Both the position numbers and the translations under genes were made by a program. Shown in pieces: positions 1 to 11,334 of a stretch of 64,000 nt of DNA (position 1 is its first letter; each line of letters begins with the position of its first letter). The notes beneath the pieces were generated by a model that worked only from the letters and a program-made list of their open reading frames with translations, was not told where the DNA came from and did not search any database. The stretch is from Macrostomum lignano (taxonomy: Eukaryota): NCBI GenBank assembly GCA_002269645.1, contig NIVC01000197.1, positions 434,001 to 498,000 on the forward strand. The letters run 5' to 3'.

Positions 1-1
1 T

Positions 2-265
2 GTATGGCGCGCTACCCGAGCAGGGTGAGCGGCACACCGGGCAGCGAATCTGTATCGCAGTGGCAGTCGCTGATGAAGCCGCCATCGGCTCCCAGTTGCC
101 AGGCAAGCAGGTCCGGCAGACGGTGTGCCGGCAGGGCTCCAGCGACAGCGGATCTTGGCAGGCCCGGCCGCAGGCGGGACAGTCAAGCAGGCTGCGCATC
201 TCCGCCAGCAGCTGCGTGGATGCCTCAGTCGGTAGGTTGAAAATTGCTTCACTCATTATTTGCAT
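2..265 (-). CDS. RING-finger (C3HC4) protein, probable TRIM-like E3 ligase; 5' part only, runs off the window
   Basis: Manual minus-strand translation from ATG 265 (second ATG 256): MQIMSEAIFNLPTEASTQLLAEMRSLLDCPACGRACQDPLSLEPCRHTVCRTCL...IRCPVCRSP, giving the C-x2-C...C-x-H-x2-C-x2-C...C-x2-C pattern. Not in the ORF track because no stop lies inside the window. Confidence 0.85.
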   Translation of the reverse strand, partial: MQIMSEAIFNLPTEASTQLLAEMRSLLDCPACGRACQDPLSLEPCRHTVCRTCLPGNWEPMAASSATATAIQIRCPVCRSPCSGSAPY

Positions 266-810
266 CTGAAGTGAGTAGCGTAGTAAGGAAATTGTAATTA
301 TCTATATATGTCAGTATGAGATGTACAGGTGCAGTAAGATGGTTTAGTATAAACAAGCGAATGTAAATTGGGGCTACACGCAATCTGTGAAATCGTACTT
401 GTAAAGTGCACGATGTACTTACTTTTCGGAATGAATTTCTTCCTTCCTGGCAGGTATTTACTAGTAAAGCCTTTCTTAAGTCCTATTACGACTGGAAAAA
501 GTTGTTTTACAATTTCATTTCTTTTTTTCAAAGAATTGTTGTTAATCGTCATCCAACGGTGTAGAATTTTGTAGCTGTTCCAGTGTTCCACGCTTTTTCA
601 CGCGGTCCCGATAAGATAAAGCCCGAACATTAGGGTATGTACGCCACGCACAAAACCTTGAATCAGTTTTACTGCACTCTCGACCAATTGCCCACATTAT
701 ATTATATTGTGCACTATCGGCGGTGCTCTAGATTCTGTGTAAGCTCAAGTATGGCACAGTCTAAGACAAAGGCAAAAATGAAACAGAGTTGAGGCATTCC
801 AAGTCGCAAA

Positions 811-1205
811 TCCTGGTCTCTTTGGACCATAGACAGAAGCGTGTCTTTCTATCTTGCGTCGGTCCTGGTCTCTTTGGACCATAGACAGAAGCTTATCTTT
901 CTATCTTGTGTCGGTCCTGGTCTCTTTGGACCATAGACAGAAGCTTATCTTTCTATCTTGCGTCGGTCCTGGTCTCTTTGGACCATAGACAGAAGCTTAT
1001 CTTTCTATCTTGTGTCGGTCCTGGTCTCTTTGGACCATAGACAGAAGCTTATCTTTCTATCTTGCGTCGGTCCTGGTCTCTTTGGGCCATAGACAGAAGC
1101 TTATCTTTCTATCTTGTGTCGGTCCTGGTCTCTTTGGACCATAGACAGAAGCTTATCTTTCTATCTTGTGTCGGTCCTGGTCTCTTTGGACCATAGACAG
1201 AAGCG
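811..1205. repeat. 52-bp minisatellite (about 7.5 copies)
   Basis: Unit gtcggtcctggtctctttggaccatagacagaagcttatctttctatcttg(t/c), head-to-tail with no spacers. Confidence 0.95.
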
Positions 1206-1376
1206 TAAATATGCGGATCTTACCATAGACAAATTCATTCACTCCACGCTTGGCTGTTTTACAACACATCTCGCCGCAAAAATTGCGTCCTTTTGTCGGG
1301 CTTTCATTTTACTTGCAGTTGTCCATGTCAAAAAGCCGTGCATTGAAACCAACAATTATCGCACGAATTAAGATGC

Positions 1377-1488
1377 ATCCAAGCAAATAAAAATGTCTAA
1401 AGTCTGTTTCAAAGCAAATTAATGGCCATCAAGCGGTGTTGCTAAGCGCTGGAGATACATTTAGGTACTATTAAACTAACAGATATAT
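1377..1488 (+). repeat. 112-bp direct repeat, copy 1 (copy 2 at 4349-4460)
   Basis: atccaagcaaataaaaatgtctaaagtc...aactaacagatatat is identical at both positions. Confidence 0.95.
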
Positions 1489-4348
1489 GTGGTGACCGGA
1501 ACAACGGATTAGCTCTATCGGCAAAGCCGTCAAAGCGAATGTGTTTCAGTGCTTAAGATCAAAGATGAGCAAGCATATTAGTATAAGAAAGCCAGAGCGG
1601 TGAATATTAACGATGGTATGCGACCGAGGGAACTGTAGAGTGGGAGATATAGCCATAGACTATATACTAGTGTGACAAGCTTCGACTGGGGCTGCGTCAT
1701 GTCCCCCTGTAACGGGAGTGACGTGAACATTGATACGAACAGTAAGAACATTCCCTAATACTTTGTTGTCAAGGAGCCGAGGCGAGAACATACGCTATAG
1801 TGTTATCAGAGGCTGTTTAGCATGTCGGTAACATTTCAAACAATGACACGTGATGGTCGGCCACGGAGCAAAGCGGTCGGGGGCCGCGATTGGTTTGACG
1901 TGGGGATGTGCCTGAAGACTCAGCAGGGGCCACCGGGTCTTCCTGACGGCCGGTTGTGCTTTCGGGCTGCGTTTCCGGGTCCGCATCTGTGGCATTCCCG
2001 GAGCTATCAGCGGCAGCCTCCTCCGGATCCTGGTTCGGGTCTGGTGCTAGCTGGTTGGTACTGGCGAGGCGCAAGTTATCTCCATCGCAAATCCAAGCGG
2101 TGTTGCGGCCTTGGTGCATGACGTACTCTACACGTTTAGGCAGCTCATCGTTGGTCAACTGATACAGCACGCTCTCATCTTGCTGGAATGGCGAGACCAC
2201 AGGGACTCGGATTGGCCGACCGAAGACCAACTCGGCCGGGCTCTTTCCACGAGTGTGCGACGAAACTCGGTGGTGCAGCAGAACTCTCTGTAAAAACGGG
2301 GTGAACTCTGCGTGGGTTATGCGATCATCCCAGGCACGCAGGGCGCGCTTGACAGTTTGCACGGCCCGTTCGGCGGCTCCATTAGCCTGGGGGTAATATG
2401 TTGGCGATTCGAGTTTGCGAACCCCATTTGCCTTCAGCCAGAGGCGCACTTGGTCGCTAGTAAACTCTGGAGCATTTTCGGAGACCAGCAACTCAGGGAT
2501 TCCGAAACGAGTGAATACGGTCCGAAGCGATGAGATTACAGATTTTGAGGAGCGGTCCTTGCATGGAAACGCTTCAATCCATCTTGAGAAAGTATCGACG
2601 ATTATTAATATGTTTCCCGCGCGTTGTACAAAGGCCGGCCCAATCCATATGCAGTTTTTGGAAAGCGTACTCGGCAGATGGCCATGCGTGTCGTTCTTGT
2701 GATAATCTTGGTCGCAACTGATTGCAGGTCGGACAGTTACGGACGAAGCGTTCAACATCTGCGCGCATTCCTGGCCACCAGCAGGACAAGGCCATGTAAT
2801 TGTAGGCGGAGATGTAGCCTGAGTGGGTGGTGTGTGCAGTGCGGAATGCCTCGGCTCTCAGGCGTGACGGAATAAATATGCGACGTCCATGAACAAGTAG
2901 ACCACCTTCAATGGTGAGGCTGTCAGAAACCTTAGCGAAGGGTCTTTCCGCCTGAGAGCAGCCCGTCCACCTTCCAGTTTTAACACGATTGATTACGCTC
3001 TGAATAAATGGATTCATCTCCAATTCTGCTAGAATGCAGTGCTGTGGTACCATGGGAGTCTCAAACGCGACGCAGTTTTTATAGCATCGGACAGCTCTGC
3101 CGTTTCTGCCGACGGGTCAGTAAAGCGTAAACGAGACAGAGCGTCTGCGTGAGGTATTTTGGACCCTGGCGTGTATTGAATTTCGTAGTCATAGTGCATC
3201 ATTGCAAGTGCCCATCTCGAGATGCGAACAGATGTGTTGGTGGGCACGCCACGCGACTGGCCAAACAGACGAATCAAAGGTTGGTGATCTGTCTGTATGG
3301 TGAATTTTCGGCCCATGAGATAATGCTTGAGGCGATTGACGGCCCAGAATATGGCCAGCGCTTCCCATTCGATGTTCGAATAGTTCTTTTCAGCGCTGGA
3401 CAAACAACGAGATATGAATATTACTGGGTGACCGTCTTGCGTGACGACGCCGGCAAGTGCTCCTTTGGAAGCATCAGTTGTGAGCGATAACTCCTTCTCC
3501 AGCGAGTATGGCTGGACCACGGGTGCCGACGAGATTTCCCTTTTTAACGCTATAAACGCTCTATCGCACTCGGCTGACCAAACAAATGTGGCGTCATCAC
3601 GCCGGAGGTTATGCAAACACTTCGTTTTGCCAGCAAAGTTTGGGACCAGCCGGCCAAAGAAATTAACTAGACCGAGAAACTGCTCCAGTTCCTTGCGGTT
3701 TGAAGGCGTGGCTATGTCCAAGATCTTCTTGACGAGGCTGTCGTCCGGTCGAATTCCAGAAGCAGAGACTCAAAAACCTAGAAACGATATTTCGTCACAC
3801 TCCGCAGTGCATTTATCCTCGTTGATAGTGACATTCTTTTCGCGCAGTCTAGTCTTCACGGCCTGCAGCCGTTTGCTGAGTGAGGATGAGTTCTCGGCAA
3901 AAATAAGCACATCGTCCTGGTAAACGAGCACGCCCTTAAGGTCATGAAGGATGTTTTCTATGGCTCGTTGGAAAATGAAGAATGAATTTTTCATGCCCAT
4001 TTGAAGGCGGTTGACTCGAAACAAGCCCTTTGACGTGTTGATAGTCGACAGGTCCTGAGCATTCTCGTCGAGCTCTATTTGCCAGTAAGCAGATCGCAAA
4101 TCGATGGAGGCAAATTTCTTCGCATTCTTCAGTTTTGCGAATAGGCACTCAACGTTCGGGATGGGGTACGCGTCGGATTTTATCTGGGCGTTGACGTGGA
4201 CGCTGTAGTCAGCGCACATTCTGAGCGACCCATCCTTTTTTTTCACCCAAACAACAGGCGAAGCGTTACTCACCGGGCCCTCAATAGGTTCGATGACGCC
4301 TAGAGCTTGCAATCTCTCCAGCTCTCCAAGCAAATTGAGCGGGCAGCA
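1488..4348 (-). mobile_element. Ty3/gypsy LTR retrotransposon, 5'-truncated and decayed (RT-RNaseH-integrase plus putative 3' LTR)
   Basis: Domain order RT (3770-4348; VYQDDVLI), RNase H (3029-3721; LTTDAS, IQTDHQPL), integrase zinc finger (HTTHSG...CPTC), integrase core (VDTFSRW, PQANGAAERAV) is the Ty3/gypsy order. The putative 3' LTR (about 1488-1750) ends in ...CACCACA on the minus strand. gag, protease and the 5' LTR are absent. Confidence 0.93.
1817..4348 (-). pseudogene. pol: pol polyprotein pseudogene (stop after RT, frameshifts in the RNaseH/integrase region)
   Basis: Split over ORFs 3770-4384, 3029-3721, 2574-3053 and 1817-2758. In-frame TAG after EISFLGF. The second catalytic Asp motif of integrase (SDNG) reads SENA. 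Confidence 0.9.
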
Positions 4349-4460
4349 ATCCAAGCAAATAAAAATGTCTAAAGTCTGTTTCAAAGCAAATTAATGGCCA
4401 TCAAGCGGTGTTGCTAAGCGCTGGAGATACATTTAGGTACTATTAAACTAACAGATATAT
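4349..4460 (+). repeat. 112-bp direct repeat, copy 2 (fused to the truncated RT)
   Basis: Identical to 1377-1488 but continues into aaatatactatc rather than into the LTR. Confidence 0.95.
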
Positions 4461-4865
4461 AAATATACTATCTCCCACAGCTGTCTGTAATCTGAGAAGC
4501 AACAGCGGACACTGCATGGCTCTCTATTCAGCCAAGTTACACTGACAGCTATACGAGGTTTAAATGACCCACTTGAAAGACTACATAATGGTATGAAAAA
4601 CGGAGAGACAATCGAGACGAGTCGAGTGGCGTCTTGAGCAGATTTCCGCAGCTGTTGGGCAGATGCAGTTCTAAAGAGCACGGCTTACGTACAAGATGTG
4701 GGGTGCAGCGCGCTCTCAGAGATGCGCACTACTATAATGCCTTAAATTGAATAGTTTTCTAGAACAGAACAGATTTCAACTGGAGCAGAGAGTGAATTGC
4801 TATACGAGCTCCAGATTTTCTTTAGCAGCTTTAGCAGCAACAGGCAATTTTAGCAGAAGCCAGCC

Positions 4866-4978
4866 ATGCCGCAGCAGCGCGATCGACAGACCAGCACAAC
4901 GGAAGACGCCTTCCATGACATCGTCAACAATCACGCTAGCCAGACTAGCGCCTACGTTCGGCGAGCGATGAGGCGGGA
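4866..4978 (+). CDS. Uncharacterised 115-aa protein, exon 1 of 3
   Basis: ATG 4866, MPQQRDRQTSTTEDAFHDIVNNHASQTSAYVRRAMRR, donor GA|gtgagt (phase 2). Confidence 0.75.
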
Positions 4979-5394
4979 GTGAGTTACATATACTATGGGA
5001 GAATCGTGCTTGGCTATAGCTGTAGGATCTGGGAGGCTGGCCCAGCTACTGAGGATCTGGGAGGCTGCTCGTATTCAGAAGCCTGGCTGATGCCTGTGTA
5101 GTTACTCGTATACACAGTGAACATTAGATAGACTAGATACTTCAGTACATTAGCACTTAGATTATTAACCTTTGTGCATGTAGATCTCCACTACATTAGC
5201 CTTACGAGTACGTACCGATCATTATCGACCTCAAGGGTCTTATAGATCTTAGGCCGCTATACGCTATACTGCGAGGCCAAATCACAGGGCTTTTAAGAAC
5301 TCCACATCTCCCAAGGCCGTCAACGACAATAACCTGTGACCTCAACAAAAGTTAACAAACATAGTTGACTCCATGGCGACTAAAACACCCGCAG

Positions 5395-5512
5395 GACAGA
5401 CGCGCAGACCTTGTTCGGCACCCTTGGCGATAACGCGTTTCGTAGTAAGAAACGGCAGCTGTTTGAACAGCTGGCGCCGGGCAGCAATCCGTACGCCGAG
5501 TCGGGATTCCGG
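5395..5512 (+). CDS. Uncharacterised 115-aa protein, exon 2 of 3
   Basis: Acceptor cccgcag|, phase-compatible with exon 1: (E)TDAQTLFGTLGDNAFRSKKRQLFEQLAPGSNPYAESGFR, donor |gtgagc. Confidence 0.78.
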
Positions 5513-5860
5513 GTGAGCAAGCTGATCGAGCTATACATGTAGCTCGTATTATAGTTAGCAGAAAGAAGAGCCAGTATCAGGCGCAGATAAGTGCAGCAAC
5601 AGAAGTACATGTAGTTTGCGCTGAACTGTCTATGGGAACATTTGTCTAGGATTTTTGGTTATTTAAGCTGTACAGTGCTGCACATACATGCTGTTTATAC
5701 AAGTATACGCGCATTACCGTTTATAGTATAACTGTAAAGCTGAAACTGATTATTGCATTGAGTTTGTTTGCTTCTTGCCGGCGGTCAGCAAGCAGACGCT
5801 TACTTGTTTGCACTTCTCGTACTATGTAGAAAGAAATCCCCTAACTGATGCATTTTGCAG

Positions 5861-5977
5861 AACGCCAAGCCGCAGTACCAATCGAGCTACATCGTGCACC
5901 CCGAGTGGGTCTCCGAGCAGACGGCAGCGGCCAGGCAACGCCAGCAGACGACCAGTTCTCAAACCGCTAAGCAGTGA
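5861..5977 (+). CDS. Uncharacterised 115-aa protein, exon 3 of 3
   Basis: Branch-like ctaac plus ttttgcag| acceptor; NAKPQYQSSYIVHPEWVSEQTAAARQRQQTTSSQTAKQ*. Confidence 0.75.
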   Translation, partial: NAKPQYQSSYIVHPEWVSEQTAAARQRQQTTSSQTAKQ

Positions 5978-8171
5978 ATTGGAAACTGAACTATATTTTA
6001 AACTCAGCGGCTTTACTGAATTTGTTGAATTTTAACATACACTGTAACTGTTCAATAACAGCGGTATGTATCCTCGGATTGTTCAAGGCTTAACAGTTCG
6101 CTTATGTACGTAACGATGAGGAAGGACGGTTACGGTCACCCAATGACCCTACTGCGACACTGTACATGTAGTAAGAAGACGTAACATTTCGAAATTACAC
6201 GGCAATGTATTAGAAGGCTTAAACTCGCTGTGAGATGCATTTTTTCCAGATTTGGATTTTCCTGTATTGAAAACTGACAATAGGAGCTGTTAGTTATTTT
6301 TTGAACAAATAATTTCTTGACAGATAGGACGAACTGTATGAACTGTCAACTGTTTGAATGTTACTTGTCTCGTCTCCCATGCAGTCTTTAATATTTCCAA
6401 ACCGGATTCGACAACCTCGTGATCAAACGTTGCTTCAGTCTGGAGGCTGAAGACACCAAGCATGAGGTCATCTTTGCGCATCGCAACTTTGGCTACACAG
6501 CAGACCTGACCTGTTGTCAGCGCTTCGGGCCGTAGCAGCGTTTGAAGCAGCTACCAAAGTTGCTTAAATTGTCGAAGTGACCAAGCCTGAAGCCCAATAA
6601 CAGCTACAGGTAATTAACAAAGGCCTCCACAGGAGCAAGACAAATTTTGCGAACGGAAATCGGACCGCCCTAGATAATTGGAGAAGTTAGATTCCCCGCT
6701 TGCGACACCGTTGTTGCTGGAATTAATCATTGATTCTGAAGCCTCCGAGGGAAGACTAGCCGAGGTGGCTGAAGACGACTGAAGGGAGCTCTACCGTACC
6801 TGCGGCTGCTGCTCGCCCCGTAATTCTCGCAGTTGCTAAATTCGCCCAGAGTGAGGATTCCGTCATCGGCACCGGCACGGTTTCTATGGCCCCCTGGCCG
6901 GAGATGAAGTCGACGAGACGTATTCTGGCGGGCCCGCGGACAGAGGTGTCAGTCTGACAGACAGCGGAGCCGCTCGGCTAAGAAGAGATCAGACGCAGAG
7001 ATCGAATGGAAGATTTGGTGAAAAGCAATCCGGAATTCGAATGCAACGCAGAGCGAGCCAGATGGATCGAGGCTTTGCGCTCGATCACGGTGTACACCGG
7101 CTACTTCTTGGAGCTCAGCGAGTGCCATCGGGCTGACATTTTCGCCCCCAGCTACTGCAAATAACTGCGACAGCGCTGGAGTGCCGTGTCGGCCGAGAAT
7201 GGCGCCGACGACAGAAGCATGGTAAACCTGTTCTGCGCCCTTGATCCGCTGATTGCGGACACCATCAAGTCAAGAACGTCATCAGCGTAACGCTGAGCGC
7301 GCTGCAACCGCCGATATGATCCAGCTGGACCATCGCTATGATTGGACAAGAGTTCGCTGACTGAGCCGAGGTGCGGTTGGAAAGAGGGCCACCAAAGCGG
7401 AGCACAAAGTCATCTGATCCGCTTGGCTGCAGGCTACCGAGTCTACAAGCAGCGGCTCGGAAGGGGAATCGAACCTTGGACGCATTTGACCAACCTGAGT
7501 GTGTATTTTGCCTTCAACCAACTTAAATCTTCTGCAACTGCAATGGGGCTTGGAGAAAACTGCAACGTCCGTTCAAACCTGTAACCATTTCACCATTTTA
7601 AAGAGGAATTCAGATCTTGTTGTACTATCTATTTACTATTTTTTACTATCTATTTGTACCAGAGAAAATTAAAGTGCAACATAAGGTATATATAAGGTTA
7701 AAAAGCAACTAAAATGCAAGTGTTGGACATCTCTACATGCATGTATGTATAGACATTTATTTTGTTTAAGAATACGATTTTAAATGAAAAAATGTACACT
7801 TGATTAAATATTTAACAGATTAGATGCCTTTAATTACGTAAAACTGTATGAAACTGCATTACAAACCGTAAATGCTTGAAATTACAAATTAAACTCGTAA
7901 CGCAAGAATCAATATTTAAAACGGTGTGATTGAAAATGCAAATAATTAAAGGCGTGTTTTGCTTTAACAGAATACAGACATGCATAACACTTATATTGAA
8001 GTTACTGAGACAATAAAAATTTAAGTGACCGTAAAGAGGACGTTAGAAGAGAGATGTGCTGCATTTAAGCATGCAAAATAACTAATTGCATACATAATAT
8101 TACATGCATCATAGATCCCAGTCTGAAGATCTGGGAGGATTACCCAGCTAATGGGACAGAGGATTTGGGAG

Positions 8172-8790
8172 ACTGGCCTAGCAACTGAGGATCTGGGGGG
8201 CTGGCCCAGCAACTGAGGATCTGGGAGGCTGGCCCAGCAACTGAGGATCTGGGAGGCTGGCCCAGCAACTGAGGATGTGGGAGGCTGGCCCAGCAACTGA
8301 TGATCTGGGAGGCTGGCCCAGCAACCGAGGATCTGGTAGGCTGACCCAGCAACTGAGAAACTGGGAGGCTGGCCCAGCAACTGAGGATCTGGTAGGCTGA
8401 CCCAGCAACTGAGAATCTGGGAGGCTGGCCCAGCAACCGAGGATCTGGGAGGCTGGCCCAGCAACTAGGGCAGACGATCTGGGAGGCTGGCCCAGCAACT
8501 AAGGATCTGGGAGGCTGGCCCAGCAACCGAGGATCTGGGAGGCTGGCCCAGCAACTAGGCAGATGATCTGGGAGGCTGGCCCAGCAACTAGGCAGATGAT
8601 CTGGGAGGCTGGCCCAGCAACTGAGGATCTGGTAGGCTGACCCAACAACTGAGGATCTGGGAGGCTTGCCCAGCAACCGAGGATCTGGGAGGCTGACCCA
8701 GCAACTAGGGCAGACGATCTGGGAGGCTGGCCCAGCAACCGAGGATCTGGGAGGCTGGCCCAGAAACTAGGGCAGACGATCTGGGAGGCT
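8172..8790. repeat. About 28-bp minisatellite (gaggatctgggaggctggcccagcaact)
   Basis: About 20 copies with variants; two further units at about 5024-5068. Confidence 0.95.
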
Positions 8791-8859
8791 GACGGTGACA
8801 ATTGATCTCTACTTTCTGCAAAATACAAAAAAATTAAGTCTAAACAATCGAGAAAAGTT

Positions 8860-9415
8860 TTAATTCATTTTTGCCGTTCTGTTTTGGCCGCCAGACCTGG
8901 CTGGCGCTGCTCTCCTGGCTTTCTTGCCATCGCGAAGCCCAACTGACTTTTTCAAGCACCGCAGCGGCTGCTGCTGCTTCTGTTGCTGCTTCTGCTCGCA
9001 GCGCGGCATTGGTGAGCAGCGCATCTCCGAATCGATACTACTGTTCAAAGTGCGATTTAAGTAGTAATTAACTCGCTCGTCTTCCATTGATGAAGCAGCG
9101 CTGGCCTGGGGAGCGGCCGGCGGCTGCGCGTGGCCGAGCTCCCGGAACAGGCGCTCCAACGGCGTCAGGCGCCGGCGCTTCGGCTTCGGCGGCAGCGGCG
9201 TCGCCACGCCGATGATGTCGGCATCCTGACGGACGAAGACGTTACTAATGCAACTGCTGCCAGAGCTGTTTTTGTTGCTGTTATTGCTGCTGCCACTGGT
9301 GGAACTAGTGTTGCCATGGTGACTGGGCTGGTGGGACTGCTGGAGTGATTCTTCAATAGTGGCGCTGTTGCTAGCAGTGGGAGATTGCATAATGGCTCTT
9401 CTGGTTGATAATTGG
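8860..9415 (-). CDS. Probable terminal exon of a low-complexity (Ser/Asn/Gln-rich) protein with an NLS-like motif
   Basis: GC-rich open frame in AT-rich surroundings. Possible acceptor ttcctacttgctgctcaaag| at 9415 (or ATG 9390). Contains PPKPKRRR; ends TAA 8860-8862. Upstream exons not identified. Confidence 0.5.
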
Positions 9416-10168
9416 CTTTGAGCAGCAAGTAGGAAATTCATTTCATTCAAATAGTCTCCTTGGTGTGGTGTACATATAAGATGTGTTGGTAGCAAGCGGG
9501 GAGCAAGCCAGTTAAAGCTAGGCTTTCAGACAGAATTATATGATTTTATTGTTTAAAAAACCGATTAGCAATTTCTCATAGTAAAGTCTAAAATAATAAT
9601 TTATTACACCTAGTAGATGTACAATTGACAGCTTCACTACAGCTATTGCATGGCACATATGAAAGTTGCATATGGCTGTTCAGTCTAAGGACTAAGGGGT
9701 CACCACACACACTTAATTACCCTAGCTAATGCTAACACCCATTTTATAGTTAGGTGAACTAAAGCAATGCAGAGTTAAATGGCTTGCTTGGATAGAAATT
9801 GTTTTAATTGGTCAAGAACTGAACCCTAACCTTTTAGTTATGAGTCTAACACTCTAACCACTAGGTTACAACCCCAACTAATATCTAGTCAGTTGCCTAC
9901 TTAATAACTTTATTAACTGTTTATCTAGGACATGGTTTAATACAGACTTGCCTAAATAGCTTAACTTATACATGTCTTGTATATAGGCCTAGTAGCTTGT
10001 ATATATCTGTTTATTAGAAATTTAGCTTGATTGTTGATAAGTTGTATAAATGCACAACTTATATAATGTACCAATATATACATTTTTTGAAAAGTCAAAA
10101 TTTATTTTTGTTAAATTATCATAATAATATTATTTTAAGTAAGTAGCTAATAGCAAAAACATTGAATC

Positions 10169-10687
10169 TAGAGATTGCAAAATCCTGGTTTTTTGCAATC
10201 CTGGGATCCCAGGATTTAATTGGAATTTGGCCAATCCTGGGATCAGAAAAATACAGATTTTTAAGCTTTTCGGTTGAAATTTTAAGGCAAAATATGCACT
10301 AAATGTATTTTTGCTTTCATTTTTGAGTGTTAAAGAGATGATGATCTTTTAGTAAATGAAAAACAGCATTATCTTGCAACATATTCAAGTAAGTAGTATA
10401 TACATACTAATTAGTAGTAAAGAAGCAAATCCTATATCAAAATTTATATTGGAATAAATTTTACATTAAATCTGTGATGTGGGGTTTCAAAAAGCACCAC
10501 GCAATATAAGGCAATTAATGCAATATAATAAACTAGTTGTGGGCCCAATTATGTTCATATTACAACACTTTTTGTAAAAATAATAACTAAAATTAGTCCC
10601 AAGATTTGGGACCCCAAATCCATGATTGGAAATCCTGGGATTTAGGCCAAATCCTAAGATTTCAGGATCCCGGGATTGCAATCCCTA
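10169..10687. mobile_element. Non-autonomous hAT-type MITE
   Basis: Inverted termini tagagattgcaa / ttgcaatcccta, subterminal ggatccc/gggat repeats, and an 8-bp TSD-like pair attgaatc / cttgaatc. Confidence 0.8.
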
Positions 10688-11334
10688 CTTGAATCCATTG
10701 TATTAGTTTCCAAAGGTGACATAAATTTTGCTGCTATAGACAATAAAATTAATGCCTTGAGCCAGAGTAAGGTTAGTTGAACACTATCTTTTACTATAGA
10801 TAAACATGTCTTGCAAATACAAAGAGCAGAGAATACTCATAATCTCTACAAATCTAGTCAATATTCTCCGCTCCTTGCATTTTTGGGATAAATTTTTATA
10901 ACTAACTGAAACAAGAAGAATGTCTATGACAAATCTCTTCAGTTTCAAGACAAAATATCAAAAAATAAAATGTTTTAATGCAGAGTGACTAGATGACATG
11001 TCCTAGTCCTATATCACATTAATTAAGTATGCCAATATTTTTTTGGCCTACAATTAAATGATTCTTAATGTTATGCTTATATTTTTAAAGTAAGCTAGCC
11101 TATATTAAGGTCAACAAAATAGGTCTATATGATTATATCTAAAGAAAATCAAAAGAAAAAAGTGAAAACATGTTAGAAATTATTAAGCTTTATTTATTAA
11201 ATTATGTTGACTCTAGGAAATTAACCATGAACTATTTTAAGTAAGAATAACTACTTTCAAGGGACCTAAGCCTGATTAAGCATTATTTCTATGCTTTAAA
11301 ACTTGTTAAATTGTATTTGATAAATAGGCCTATA

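Noticed and set aside
811-1205. CRISPR-like array (regular repeats with a small tggtc/gacca hairpin)
   Set aside because: Units are head-to-tail with no unique spacers, there are no cas genes, and the context is eukaryotic. The same applies to all other arrays.
1377-4460. 112-bp direct repeats as the element's LTRs
   Set aside because: They lack TG...CA ends and a PBS, one copy interrupts RT directly, and a better LTR-end candidate exists at 1488.
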